A stretch of 47,492 bases of DNA from Candidatus Kaiserbacteria bacterium (GTDB taxonomy: Bacteria > Patescibacteriota > Minisyncoccia > Phycocordibacterales > UBA918): positions 1 through 47,492 of the forward strand of contig JAYVIL010000021.1 of NCBI GenBank assembly GCA_043770255.1. The letters are read 5' to 3'. The position numbers were made by a program, and so were the translations under genes. A model generated the notes under the pieces. That model searched no databases. It was not told the DNA's origin and saw nothing but the letters and a program-made list of their open reading frames with translations. Numbering within the stretch: the stretch's first letter is position 1; each line of letters starts with the position of its first letter. Below, in pieces: positions 27,644 through 37,900 of the stretch.

Positions 27644-28795
27644 ATGAGTAGAACGAATACCACGTTCGGACTACTCCAAGCTATTGCAGCGACAGCTATC
27701 CTCGCCACACTTCTGTGGTCAGTCGGACTGCCGTCATTCCGTTTTGCGGAAGCTGCAAGTGTCACGTCGCTTAGCGACACCCTCTCTGATTCAGCACCTA
27801 GTGTGGGATCAAATCATACCCTGACCTTTGTAACACCAACTGGTATTGCAAATGGTTCAACTATTACAATTAGTTTAGCTAATGGACCGTTTCTACTCGG
27901 AAGTACCACTTTTGCTGAAGTTGACGTAGTTGACGGAAACACTAATCTTAGTGTTGCTGCCAGTTGCGCAGCGACTGACGAAATTGGATTTTCAACCAGT
28001 ACTAACCTCATTACGCTCACTTTTTGTAGTGGTGACGGAGCATCAATCGACCCAGCGGGCACGACTACCATCAGAATTGGTACCCATGCCACGTTTGGAA
28101 CAACCGGTACAAAACAATTAAGAAATCCAGGAGTAGGGTCATATGAAATTGACATTACTGCCGGAGCTTCTGACACTGGTTCTACCCGAGTTGCGATTAT
28201 CGCACCAGTTGTCGTGACGGCTGCTGTTGATACCAGTTTTACTTTTACAGTAGCTGGTCTCGCAGGAGGAACTGACGTTAATGGTCTTGTAACAACTGGT
28301 TCGTCCACCGCTACAGCTATTGCCTTTGGTGCTCTTACTGCGAATAACGCGTCTTCAGCTGCACAAAGGCTGAGCGTATCAACAAATGCCAGTTATGGTT
28401 TTGCCGTGACTGTGCAAACTGATCAACAGTTGACTTCGTCCTCAGGGGCAGATATTGATGGTTTCCTTAATGGAAGCTACAGCAGTACGCCACTGTCATG
28501 GAGTCCGCCGACAGCATCTATCGCAAACGAAAACACCTGGGGTCATTGGGGTCTTACCTCAAATGATGCGACCTTTGGGGTAACAGATCCGTTTGATGTA
28601 GGAGGAGCTGGTGAATTGTTTGTATCAGCATCGACGACACCAGTTCAAGTATTTCGCCATGGTGGACCATCTGATGGCACAACCCAAAATATTGGGCGAG
28701 CTGACGTGGCTTACCAAGTACAAATATCTGCTTTGCAAGAAGCGGGAAATGATTACACGGCTACGCTGACATACGTAGCAACTCCAGTATTCTAA
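27644..28795 (+). CDS. Secreted 383-aa surface protein with a WxL-like C-terminal domain (candidate major subunit)
   Basis: Signal peptide/anchor FGLLQAIAATAILATLLWSVGLPSFRFAEA. N-terminal beta-rich domain (LSDTLSDSAPSVGSNHTLTFVTPTG...). The last ~187 aa (28232-28792) align with the last ~172 aa of the 2052-aa protein and end in YTATLTYVATPVF*. Has its own leader and terminator. Confidence 0.85.
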   Translation: MSRTNTTFGLLQAIAATAILATLLWSVGLPSFRFAEAASVTSLSDTLSDSAPSVGSNHTLTFVTPTGIANGSTITISLANGPFLLGSTTFAEVDVVDGNTNLSVAASCAATDEIGFSTSTNLITLTFCSGDGASIDPAGTTTIRIGTHATFGTTGTKQLRNPGVGSYEIDITAGASDTGSTRVAIIAPVVVTAAVDTSFTFTVAGLAGGTDVNGLVTTGSSTATAIAFGALTANNASSAAQRLSVSTNASYGFAVTVQTDQQLTSSSGADIDGFLNGSYSSTPLSWSPPTASIANENTWGHWGLTSNDATFGVTDPFDVGGAGELFVSASTTPVQVFRHGGPSDGTTQNIGRADVAYQVQISALQEAGNDYTATLTYVATPVF

Positions 28796-28840
28796 TTCGT
28801 TAAGAATAGAATAGTGGATCCAAGCTTGGAGTACAATGCA

Positions 28841-28880
28841 AAAAACCCTATCTCCCACCACGAGTAGGGTTTTTGCTTTG
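28841..28880 (+). terminator. Rho-independent terminator
   Basis: aaaaacccta (28841-28850) / tagggttttt (28865-28874), 14-nt loop, followed by gctttg. Confidence 0.7.
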
Positions 28881-28914
28881 TGTACAAAGCCCGTGAGTAT
28901 TTTATTTGGTGAGC

Positions 28915-28920
28915 TATAAT
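28915..28920 (+). promoter_or_regulatory. Consensus -10 box TATAAT 11 nt upstream of the ATG at 28932
   Basis: Perfect TATAAT with no SD motif between it and the start. This implies a leader of 4-5 nt or less if it is used. Confidence 0.35.
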
Positions 28921-28931
28921 GTTTATATATT

Positions 28932-29936
28932 ATGAGGTATCTTTTCTTAGCCCTGCTTTTGTCGTTATACGCTACCCCTGCTTTCGCTGCGACGCTGTAC
29001 ATGGATCCCAACACAGTCAGTCTCAATCGTGGTGATGCGGCTAAGGTATCAATCAGACTCGATACCGACGAAGCCTTGGGTGAGTGTATCAATGCGGTTG
29101 ACGCAGTTATCTCCTACAGTGAGAGTATTGTCCCGGTTGATATTACAATAGGGAAATCCATTTTCCCGATGTGGGTAGAGGCTCCGGTAATTAACAAAGC
29201 AGAGCGCACAATTTCTTTTGCCGGAGGCATTCCAAATGGCTACTGTGGTCGGGTACAGGGCGACCCTAATCTCACTAACACTTTGGTTGAAATTTTCTTT
29301 AGAGCGCCAGGTATGCAGGTTGGCGGCGGCGAAGCACGTTCGGCTGCTACGGTGCAGTTTAGCGATGAAACCACAGCCTATCTAAATGACGGCTTGGGCA
29401 CTAAGGCTCCCTTACAAAAAATTGGCGCGAACTTTGCTTTGGCTGATACTGTTGGGAGTTCCATTATCGATCCCTGGAGTGGAGATGTGCAAGCTGACGA
29501 TATTCCACCCGAAGAGTTTGGTGCGACTATCGAATCAATTGATGGTAAATGGTTTGTTGTTTTTAATACCACTGATAAACAGACGGGGATTAGTCATTAC
29601 GAAGTTATCGAAGAGGCCTACGCTAAATCAATATTATTTGATTTCGGTGCCGCTAATGCACCGTGGATTGAAACCCGTAGTCCGCATGTGCTCAAAGATC
29701 AGAGTCGCAATAGTGTCGTCAGAGTAAAAGCAATTGATAAAGCAGGGAATGAATACATCGTAACGTTACCAGTAGACGCCGCTCTACAAAGCTTCAGACT
29801 TACACCGGAGATGATGGTACTGGCGGGTGCTGGTTTAGTGGCGTTGCTTTTGCTGGCCGGTCTAATAATCTGGCTCACCCGTAAACGCAGAGCAAAGCTG
29901 GCGGCAATAGTCGAAGATCAAGCGCATCTAGAATAA
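28932..29936 (+). CDS. Cohesin-like domain protein, C-terminally membrane-anchored
   Basis: Signal peptide MRYLFLALLLSLYATPAFA. Domain LYMDPNTVSLNRGDAAKVSIRL...INAVDAVISYSESIVPVDITIGKSIFPMWVEAPVINKAERTISFAGGIPNGYCG...VEIFFRA is paralogous to the domains in the 29942 and 32369 proteins. C-terminal TM MMVLAGAGLVALLLLAGLIIWL plus TRKRRAK. Confidence 0.72.
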   Translation: MRYLFLALLLSLYATPAFAATLYMDPNTVSLNRGDAAKVSIRLDTDEALGECINAVDAVISYSESIVPVDITIGKSIFPMWVEAPVINKAERTISFAGGIPNGYCGRVQGDPNLTNTLVEIFFRAPGMQVGGGEARSAATVQFSDETTAYLNDGLGTKAPLQKIGANFALADTVGSSIIDPWSGDVQADDIPPEEFGATIESIDGKWFVVFNTTDKQTGISHYEVIEEAYAKSILFDFGAANAPWIETRSPHVLKDQSRNSVVRVKAIDKAGNEYIVTLPVDAALQSFRLTPEMMVLAGAGLVALLLLAGLIIWLTRKRRAKLAAIVEDQAHLE

Positions 29937-29941
29937 ACTGT

Positions 29942-31687
29942 ATGACACAAACATTTACAGTCAAAAAAATACTGAGAGGCGTTTTTGCCGTAGCGGGGTT
30001 TTTTCTCCTCACTCCGCTTTTTAGTCAGGCTGCTTCATTGTCTGTTTCGCCGGGAACTGGTGTCTATAAAACTGGGTCTACGTTTACGGTCACAGTGGCT
30101 GTGAATACGTCAGGTGTACCCGTTAATGCCTGTGATGGGACGCTGTCTTTTAACCCGAGGGAGCTATCGGTGGTAGCTGTTTCGCGTGGGGCCTCAATTT
30201 TCAATCTGTGGACGACTGAGCCAGCATTCTCAAACACCGCTGGTACGGTAACGTTTTCAGGTGGAGTACCAACTGGTTTTACGGGGACTTTTGGTAACGT
30301 GATGACGGTTACCTTTAGAGCGCTCACTTCAGGGAGTGCTCGAGTATCCCTTACCGGAGCTTCAGTTTTAGCAGCAGATGGTAGGGGTACCAATGTGTTG
30401 ACTACCATGAACGGCGGAACCTACACACTGTCAGCCGTGGAGTCACAGCCAGCTCCCGAAGTGATTGTAGAGTTTGTGGCGCCTGCTAATACTCCAAGCG
30501 CGCCGGTAGTAACCTCTACTTCACATCCCGATCAAAATGGCTGGTCAAAAGAGAAGAACGCCACTCTCAATTGGTCAGTCCCCGCTGGTGTGATCGCTGT
30601 TAGAACTGGACTTGATAACAGTCCAGTCGCTATTCCTACAAAAGTGTACGATAGCCCTATCAAAACTCTCACCCTAAATGACGTTGATGAAGGAGTCTCT
30701 TATTTACATATTCAATTCAAAAATGCCGACGGCTGGGGGAAGGTCGCCCACTATAAATTCTCGGTCGACTCACAAAAACCAGAATCCTTTGAGATCTCGC
30801 TTCCAGAAAGTGCCGATGCTTCAAATCCTAACCAAACACTTAAACTTAATATCGTTGATAAAACCTCACCAGTTAAAAAATTCAAAGTGCAGTTAGACGG
30901 CGGTGAACCCTACGAACATACCGCTTCAGGCACTGATGCTACCCTCACACTTACCGGCCTTACTCCGGGCTATCATACGGTAGTGATCGAAGGTTTTGAT
31001 GCGGCGGGTAACTCCCTCATTGCGAGTTTCTCATTTACGATTACCTCTTTTGAAAAACCGGTTATTACTGATTACCCCAGCACGCTAAACTCAGGAGTGA
31101 TACCAGTTATTCGCGGGACAACCAAAGCTTTGGCGACAGTAAAAGGGATTCTGATCGACGCTAAGGGCGGAGAGATAATTGTCGAAGGTGTAGCTGACGC
31201 CAGTGGTAATTTTAGTTTGATTCCGAGTGAAGCTCTTTCAACTGGCCGCTATACACTGACTGCCCGCGCGATTGATACAGCTGGGGCACAAAGTGAGCCG
31301 TCTGACGTGATAACGATTATGGTTTCAAAGCCAGGTTACCTTGCAGTCGGATCATTCCTGATTAGTTTCTTCTCGGTCTTGATTCCACTGATTGCGCTGT
31401 GTGTTTTGACCTGGATGACACTCATTTACTCACTACGTAAAATGGGCAGACAGCGCAAGCAAGTCATTGTTGAGTCTGAAGAGGCCGCCATGATGTTGGC
31501 GACAGAATTTAGACACCTCGAACAGGTGCTTATGGCTGAAGAAGCGACCTTGCTCCAGTCGCATAAAACTGGCAAACTAACGAAGGCAGAAGTAGCAATG
31601 TTTGTGGAATTAAAATCGGCTTTGGCAGAGGCCAAGAGACGTGTTGGAAAAGAAGTGGACGATGTTACTCATGTATTCAAAAAATAA
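29942..31687 (+). CDS. Cohesin-like domain + Ig-like domains, TM anchor and cytoplasmic coiled tail
   Basis: Signal peptide. LSVSPGTGVYKTGSTFTVTVAVNTSGVPVNACDGTLSFNPRELSVVAVSRGASIFNLWTTEPAFSNTAGTVTFSGGVPTGFTGTFGNVMTVTFRA...VLAADGRGTNVL. Ig-like units (e.g. VIRGTTKALATV...GNFSLIPSEALSTGRYTLTARAIDTAGAQS). TM FLISFFSVLIPLIALCVLTWMTLIY, then a charged helical tail of about 90 aa. Confidence 0.75.
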   Translation: MTQTFTVKKILRGVFAVAGFFLLTPLFSQAASLSVSPGTGVYKTGSTFTVTVAVNTSGVPVNACDGTLSFNPRELSVVAVSRGASIFNLWTTEPAFSNTAGTVTFSGGVPTGFTGTFGNVMTVTFRALTSGSARVSLTGASVLAADGRGTNVLTTMNGGTYTLSAVESQPAPEVIVEFVAPANTPSAPVVTSTSHPDQNGWSKEKNATLNWSVPAGVIAVRTGLDNSPVAIPTKVYDSPIKTLTLNDVDEGVSYLHIQFKNADGWGKVAHYKFSVDSQKPESFEISLPESADASNPNQTLKLNIVDKTSPVKKFKVQLDGGEPYEHTASGTDATLTLTGLTPGYHTVVIEGFDAAGNSLIASFSFTITSFEKPVITDYPSTLNSGVIPVIRGTTKALATVKGILIDAKGGEIIVEGVADASGNFSLIPSEALSTGRYTLTARAIDTAGAQSEPSDVITIMVSKPGYLAVGSFLISFFSVLIPLIALCVLTWMTLIYSLRKMGRQRKQVIVESEEAAMMLATEFRHLEQVLMAEEATLLQSHKTGKLTKAEVAMFVELKSALAEAKRRVGKEVDDVTHVFKK

Positions 31688-31694
31688 TCCCGTT

Positions 31695-32372
31695 ATGAAA
31701 TCAAATTCCCGCCCGGTGACGCTCGCTATTTTATTGGTAGTGGCCGTCGTAATTGCACTCTACTTTATCATTCGCTCAACGGTAAATACACAAAACCGTG
31801 AGACACTGCTGCAACTTAACAACACAATTGATGCCCAAGAAAAAGTCCTGATCTCACTCGCAGAAGCCACTCGTCGAAATGGTGCCGATACAGTCACGGC
31901 TCGCATTGTGGTTGATTGCAATTCGGCTGACAGACAACGTTTTGATAGTTTGCTTGATTTGCTCTCCAGCACTATCTCACCCGCAGAGCTTAGTGAATTG
32001 AGCACCCTGTTTTTTAAATGTGGTAGTTTTTTTGCTGATACCAAATCTGTAATGGCGATCAAACTGCAGCGCGAAGTAGAAATATTAGCCGAGTACGCAG
32101 AACTGCGAGAAAAAATAAACAACCAAAACCTGTCTGTAGACACGAAAATAGCCGCCTGGAAGAACTTAAGTGAAGCGGAGCTCAAGACAGCTGAATATTT
32201 TAATCAACTCGTGGTGCTGCAAGGTACGATTATTGCTGAACTGCAAAGTGGTAAAAAGCCCACAGCACCGACTATCGTCGATGCCCTGAGTAAGGTCGCC
32301 TCAGTGCGTGGTCAAATGCAAGTTCTGAGCCAGCAAATTGAAATCTACAAAACCGAAGCTCTAACCCTATGA
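31695..32372 (+). CDS. Membrane-anchored helical protein of unknown function (225 aa)
   Basis: I prefer the ATG at 31695 (MKSNSRPVTLAILLVVAVVIALYFII...), 8 nt after the upstream stop, over the track's 31641 start inside the previous gene. The rest is predicted helical. TGA overlaps the next ATG (ATGA at 32369-32372). Confidence 0.7.
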   Translation: MKSNSRPVTLAILLVVAVVIALYFIIRSTVNTQNRETLLQLNNTIDAQEKVLISLAEATRRNGADTVTARIVVDCNSADRQRFDSLLDLLSSTISPAELSELSTLFFKCGSFFADTKSVMAIKLQREVEILAEYAELREKINNQNLSVDTKIAAWKNLSEAELKTAEYFNQLVVLQGTIIAELQSGKKPTAPTIVDALSKVASVRGQMQVLSQQIEIYKTEALTL

Positions 32373-33124
32373 AATTATTCCGGAAATTTTTAAATAAAAT
32401 ATTTCCGACGTTTGGACTTAAAAACTCCCCAACTGTCAGGTACGCGTTCTCGTTCTTGTTTGTGTTTGCAGCAATTGCGAGTATTGCAGCTGTATCCGGC
32501 AGTAAGGGTTCGTACATAAAAGTTGTTTCCAGTAGTAATGCGGTCGAGGTGGGAGGGAATTTCACGCTGGAGGTCTACGTATTTGCTGATAAGCCTATTA
32601 ATGCAGTTGATATCAGCGTGCTCTATCCTGAAACGCAAGTTGAGGTGCTAGGGATTGATAAGGGAGAGTCAGTGCTCACGCTGTGGACAGAAGAGCCTTC
32701 TGTGCGCAACGGGGCTGTTATTTTACGCGGCGGTACTTTTAAACGTGGTTTTGTTGGTGAACACAAGATTGCGACGATTAATGTCAAAGCAAAAACCGCC
32801 GGCAGTGCACAATTTTTAGCGGGGGAAGTGAAGCTGCTCGCAGGTGACGGCAAGGGGACAAATATCATCGCCGATACTACCCGAGCCAAGATTTTAACCA
32901 GTATATTTAAAGCGGGCGAGAAACCACCTACCACTACATTCGCCGGGTCAGTTAGTTTTGTCGTAGTGACAGATATTGATGGCGACGGATCGGTCTCATT
33001 GACAGATATCAGCTCTTTTATGGCAAACTGGGCTTCAAAAGAACGACAGTTTGATTTTAATAATGATGGACAGATGACGTTTAGAGATTTTTCAATTATT
33101 CTCTCAGATTATTTTACGAAGTAG
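32369..33124 (+). CDS. Protein carrying both a cohesin-like domain and a dockerin-like repeat pair
   Basis: N-terminal TM (YAFSFLFVFAAIASIAAV). GGNFTLEVYVFADKPINAVDISVLYPETQVEVLGIDKGESVLTLWTEEPSVRNGAVILRGGTFKRGFVGEHKIATINVKA...LLAGDGKGTNI. C-terminus TDIDGDGSVSLTDISSFMANW...FDFNNDGQMTFRDFSIILSDY. Confidence 0.75.
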   Translation: MKLFRKFLNKIFPTFGLKNSPTVRYAFSFLFVFAAIASIAAVSGSKGSYIKVVSSSNAVEVGGNFTLEVYVFADKPINAVDISVLYPETQVEVLGIDKGESVLTLWTEEPSVRNGAVILRGGTFKRGFVGEHKIATINVKAKTAGSAQFLAGEVKLLAGDGKGTNIIADTTRAKILTSIFKAGEKPPTTTFAGSVSFVVVTDIDGDGSVSLTDISSFMANWASKERQFDFNNDGQMTFRDFSIILSDYFTK

Positions 33125-33235
33125 TAAAAAGTGTTGATAAAACAGAGTTTTAGTTGCGAAATAACTGGTAGTATGTACTAGATGGGAAATTTATAGCGGA
33201 CCGTGAATCCGTTGTAAACAATTGGCTGTATAAAA

Positions 33236-34837
33236 GTGATCAAAGCCAACCAAATTCAAAAGAATATACAACCACGTCAGGTAACACTTTACCGTAACGT
33301 GTTTTATTCCCGTGTATCTACTACGGTAGTTTTGTTGCTGTGCATATCTTTCCTGTTACAGCCAATTGAGCGAGCCTATGCCTCCGAAGTTGCTCAAACC
33401 GAAGCGACCTCAAACGAAATTATTAATCTAGCAGTTGATGCTGGTTTGTCTAAAGAGACACCTACGATTGAAGATGTGGGGGGCGATGTGAACGCAGCAG
33501 TTGATACTGAAACAAAGACATTGCCGGCAGAAGTTCCAGACGCAACTGAAGCCACCACAACAACTGCTACAACCACCACTGATGTTGCTTCTACAGCGAC
33601 CACTTCAGATGAGGTGGTTGCAGAAGATGAAGGGGCTATTTCTACTACGACGGAATTTACTGATGAAGAAATTGCGGCTCTCATTAATCCAGAAGATGAG
33701 TTGCCAGAAACTGATCTAGGTACAACAACTGCCACCACGACCGAAATCTCCGTACCAGTAACTACGGTTCATAGTGATGCGGTTATGCAATTTAATCGCA
33801 ATGATTGTGTAACTGTTGAAGACGGATCATTCTATTGTCAAACTAAAAAAGAAGAAGTAGAGCAAGGAACAGATGGTATGTACGCCCTCCAAGATAAAGA
33901 CGGCGATTTAGAGATTTTCCTTCAGAAAAATGGTGAGCTCACACAGCTTACTTTTAACCAGATTGATGATGCCGGCCCTAACTTTGACTCAAAATCTAAT
34001 TCAATTGTCTGGCATCGGTTAGTAAATGAACGGTACCAAATTATTGCTTATGATCTTTCTACAAAAGAAGAAGTGCAGCTGACGGCAGATAGTGTCAACA
34101 ACATGGAACCAAGTCGTTCAGGTCAGTATACGGTCTGGCAAAGATGGAATGGTGATAACTGGGACGTTGTTCTGTACGATGGTCGCGAGACAAAATTTAT
34201 TACGGATAGTCCACTACACGATATAGCGCCCAACGTGAAAGGTGATTTAGTGATGTGGAATAGACTCAATACTGATAATACGCAGACAATTGAGCTGTAC
34301 GATATTGTAACTTCGGAATATACGACTATCACAGATGATGAAGGCGGCGCCTTGTCTAATCCCCGCATGGTATTGGTTTACGAAACAGAATTCGCTAACG
34401 GCGACGTAGTGACTAAAGGTTACGATGTCGAAACCGGTGAAATTACACCTTTGGCAAATGACCCAGCCGAACTACCCGACGAACTGCCAGAACCTGATGC
34501 TACGGGTGAGACGAGGGCTTTATTGCAACCGAAAAATCCTACCAAAGAAGACACTGAGATAACTGATGGTTTGTTTCCAGGAATAGACGGTGATGGTTTG
34601 GGTAGCGCCACTAGTACCGCCACCAGTACCCCACAAGTGGCTACCGGAGATTTAAACCTGTCGTCATCAACCCTCGCGATAGCGGGCAGTACACCAAACG
34701 CTTCTACCAGTCAGAGCGTTCTTGAAATGACACTCGATTTGACACCTGAGGTGGCGCTTAATCCTGATACCTCTCTCGACCTAGTTATTACGCCGTTTGT
34801 TCCAACGATGGAGAGTAGTTTAGAAGTCGTAGAGTAG
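33236..34837 (+). CDS. Secreted/anchored protein: acidic Thr-rich region + propeller-like repeats + acidic tail
   Basis: GTG start, which is uncertain (an internal GTG giving MFYSRVSTTVVLLLCISFLLQP... is possible). Repeats of about 45 aa: IVWHRLVNERYQIIAYDLSTKEEVQLT / YTVWQRWNGDNWDVVLYDGRETKFIT / LVMWNRLNTDNTQTIELYDIVTSEYTTIT / MVLVYETEFANGDVVTKGYDVETGEITPL. Confidence 0.7.
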   Translation: MIKANQIQKNIQPRQVTLYRNVFYSRVSTTVVLLLCISFLLQPIERAYASEVAQTEATSNEIINLAVDAGLSKETPTIEDVGGDVNAAVDTETKTLPAEVPDATEATTTTATTTTDVASTATTSDEVVAEDEGAISTTTEFTDEEIAALINPEDELPETDLGTTTATTTEISVPVTTVHSDAVMQFNRNDCVTVEDGSFYCQTKKEEVEQGTDGMYALQDKDGDLEIFLQKNGELTQLTFNQIDDAGPNFDSKSNSIVWHRLVNERYQIIAYDLSTKEEVQLTADSVNNMEPSRSGQYTVWQRWNGDNWDVVLYDGRETKFITDSPLHDIAPNVKGDLVMWNRLNTDNTQTIELYDIVTSEYTTITDDEGGALSNPRMVLVYETEFANGDVVTKGYDVETGEITPLANDPAELPDELPEPDATGETRALLQPKNPTKEDTEITDGLFPGIDGDGLGSATSTATSTPQVATGDLNLSSSTLAIAGSTPNASTSQSVLEMTLDLTPEVALNPDTSLDLVITPFVPTMESSLEVVE

Positions 34838-34905
34838 TGTGGTGTAATAATCACTCTCTACAGGTACTTGTTTGAGTCAAGCTAAAAGCATGAGAAAATA
34901 AACCC

Positions 34906-37900
34906 ATGGGGAGGTATCCTTCGATCTTTAATTGTGTACGGTCGCACCGCTTAGTCACGGTACTTTTACTGATGATCACTATCTGTGCCCAGTTTACTTT
35001 TTTAGAATTTATTGCGCCTAAGATCGCACAAGCAGTATTGCGAACGATAGACGGTGATGTTAGTCAAACAGTTAGTCGCCATATCTTTGCGGGTTCCCAA
35101 ACGGTATTCATCAGTGATTTAGTCGGCTATAAATTCTATGTTGATGTATCTGGTATATGTGTTTATAGTAAAAGTACGACCGGAGGTGATAGTTGGGGCG
35201 CAGCGGTTACGGTTGATAGTAAAACAGACTGTAACGGAATAGCGGTTTGGTATGACGGCTGGACACCAGGGGATACCGGCACAAATATTCATATTGCCAC
35301 TATGAACGTAGCAAACGCCACGGACGTGATTTGGTATAACCGACTTGATACGAGTACCGATACACGCTTGTCAGGCACTACCCCAATTAATACGGTCAGT
35401 AACTCCGCGCAGGTACCAACGTATGTAGCGGGTACGAACAGTCACACCATCAGTAAAGGAACTGATGGCACGATATATATTGCTGCTTCAGATGCCTCTG
35501 ATTCATTTGTGATTGAGTGTAGTACGAGCTGTAATACGACCACCAATTGGACTCAGACCGGAGCCAACTTTATGGATCTTGATAACGATTACAATCTTCT
35601 CATGCCGCTACTGGGTGGTAACATGTTGCTCATTAATCGTGATATTTCCCTCGACGATATTCGCACGCGCTTGTGGGATAACAGTAATTGGTCGGGAAGT
35701 TGGACTGCAGTAGACTCAAATACTCCTGAGAGTGCTACCTATGATATTGGTATGGCCGCCACGCAAGATCACACGAGTGGTGATATTTACCTAGCGTACG
35801 CCTCGGACAATGATAACTATACGGTACTTGACCATGATGTTCGCACCGCAAAATACGTCAGCGGGTCTTGGACGGGCACCACTGCGCTTTTTACTAATAC
35901 CACACGTGGACTCACGTCGGTGGCTATTTCACTCGATACCAACTTGGGGGTAATATATGTTGTCTACGGTCTGCGGACAACACCAGCTACAGCTACGACA
36001 GGGAATATATATTTCGCCACTTCAACAAGCGCTATGTCGAGCTGGAGTCCAGAACGAGGACCGGTCAATTCGGGAGCAGCGGATTATTATGCGATCGATG
36101 CCAACCTGATGAGTGATGAGCGTATCTACGCTACCTGGATGGATCCCGGAACGAACCCAGACGAAGTATTTGGGGATACGTTGGCTGACATAGCGCCGGT
36201 AACAAAAGCCTCAACTCTTGGAAATGCCACGTCGAGCATATCCGCGAGCACCACAAACGTATACACCGGGGGGACTTTTGTTATTAAAGAGAGTCAGGTG
36301 AGTCGTAATGTGACTGACATCACTATTTCAGAAAATGGGACCGTCGATGGGAGTAGTGCCATCAAAAACATTGTCATGCGTTATGATTTGGATACAACGG
36401 CACCGTACGATTGTGCGAGTGAGTCTTATTCTGGCTCGGAAACCCAATTTGGTAGTACTGATGCAAACGGTTTTACCGGTAGTGACGGAGTGGCGTCATT
36501 TAACGGACTGGTTAACATTACCCCGACGCAGGCGATGTGTGTATACACGATTGTCGATGTCCTCGATAGTGCTCTGAGTGCATCGACCCTCAGGATTTAT
36601 GTAAATAATCCTTCAACCGATATTTTGGTTTCAGGTGGCGGTGTTGTGACGCCAAATACCACTATTAATTTTGCGAGCAGTACACTCATTAATAACGATA
36701 CCTTAACGCAAACGCACTACCATTGGCGTAATGACAATGGAAGCGAGACCGGGGCCACTTCTGCGACCGGTGGTACTGCTGATACACCGATACCAGCATT
36801 ACTGCAAAACACCCCCCGCCGCTTGCGCGTTCAAGTATCAAACGAGGGTAACCTCACCTCGCCCGCGACGCAATTTAGATTGGAATATGCCGAAGCAGCA
36901 CCAACGTGTGCGTTAGCCAGTGGATGGACAGATGTGAATGCTGCAAATGACGCTTGGAATATGTTTGATTCATCGTTTGTTACTAACAGTACGAGTACCA
37001 CTGATATTCTGGTAGCAAATGGGGGAATGATAAATGAAAATACAACGTTCTTAACGCCAAATGGAGGGTTGCTTGATACTACCTCACAAACGGGAAATCT
37101 TACATTACTCACAACAAATTTTGTCGAATTGGAGTACTCACTGGTTGCCTCAAGTAGTGCTATACAAGGTACCACGTACTGTTTTCGAGTGACAAGTGCC
37201 GGTAATGAATTGCCAGTGTATTCACAATATCCAGCAGTTACTGTCTCTGCCGACGTGACCATGAGTGCAACGGGAACACAAGCCACCTCGGTTATTATTC
37301 CCACTACAAATTTTCAAGTAGGTGGTACCTTTGTCTTTACCGAAAACGTGAGCTCACGCAATTTGACTGCGATAACCATTACTGAGAACGGAACGGTTGA
37401 TGGCACAACCGGTTTAGATAATATCCGATTGCGGTACGATCTTGATACCACCGCACCATACAACTGTGCCAGTGAATCTTATGCGGGGAGTGAGTTGCAG
37501 TTTGGTGCGACCGATACTGATGGATTTTCTGGACCTAATGGTAGCTCGACTTTTTCTGGTTCGGTATCGCTTACTTCCACCCAGGCAATTTGTGTGTATA
37601 CGGTGTTTGATGTGACCAGTAGCGCCAGCAATAATGAAACCGTTCAAATTGAAATTACTAACGGCGGCAATGATGTAGTTATTTCTGCTGGTACCGTAGG
37701 GCCGACTACTCCGATTATGCTTGCGGGCACGACCACACTTTCCGGAGCCATTTTAGCCCAAACGGGATTTCATTGGCGCACTGACTCCGGTACTGAAGCG
37801 ACTGCAGTTTCAGCGACAGCTGGACAAGAAAACACACTCCTGACTGAACATCCGGCAGGCACCAGTATTCGCCTTCGTCTGGGAGTGAGTAATGAAGGAG

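Noticed and set aside
28813-28830. Adjacent BamHI and HindIII sites (ggatccaagctt) within the 12-bp palindrome tccaagcttgga, which suggested a cloning-vector junction
   Set aside because: There is no other vector-like sequence on either side. It sits in an ordinary spacer between a stop codon and a terminator, and a short palindrome there is plausible by chance.
31641-31694. Track start at 31641 for the 31641-32372 ORF, and likewise 46330 for the CapA-family ORF
   Set aside because: Both would overlap the preceding gene by 40-47 nt. In-frame ATGs at 31695 and 46360 sit directly before classic positively charged and hydrophobic N-termini.
28932-33124. Interpreting the cohesin/dockerin genes as a cellulosome
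   Set aside because: I could recognise no glycoside hydrolase, carbohydrate esterase, polysaccharide lyase or CBM motif in any dockerin- or cohesin-bearing protein here.
33701-33715. LPETD string as a sortase (LPXTG) sorting signal
   Set aside because: It lies mid-protein in an acidic low-complexity region, lacks the Gly and is not followed by a hydrophobic segment with a basic tail. No sortase gene is in the window.
35068-36180. Calling the N-terminal region of the 2052-aa protein a sialidase
   Set aside because: Only degenerate Asp-box-like strings (STTGGDSW, TSAMSSWS) are visible, with no catalytic-residue pattern I can verify by eye. It is kept as a BNR-like propeller of unknown activity.
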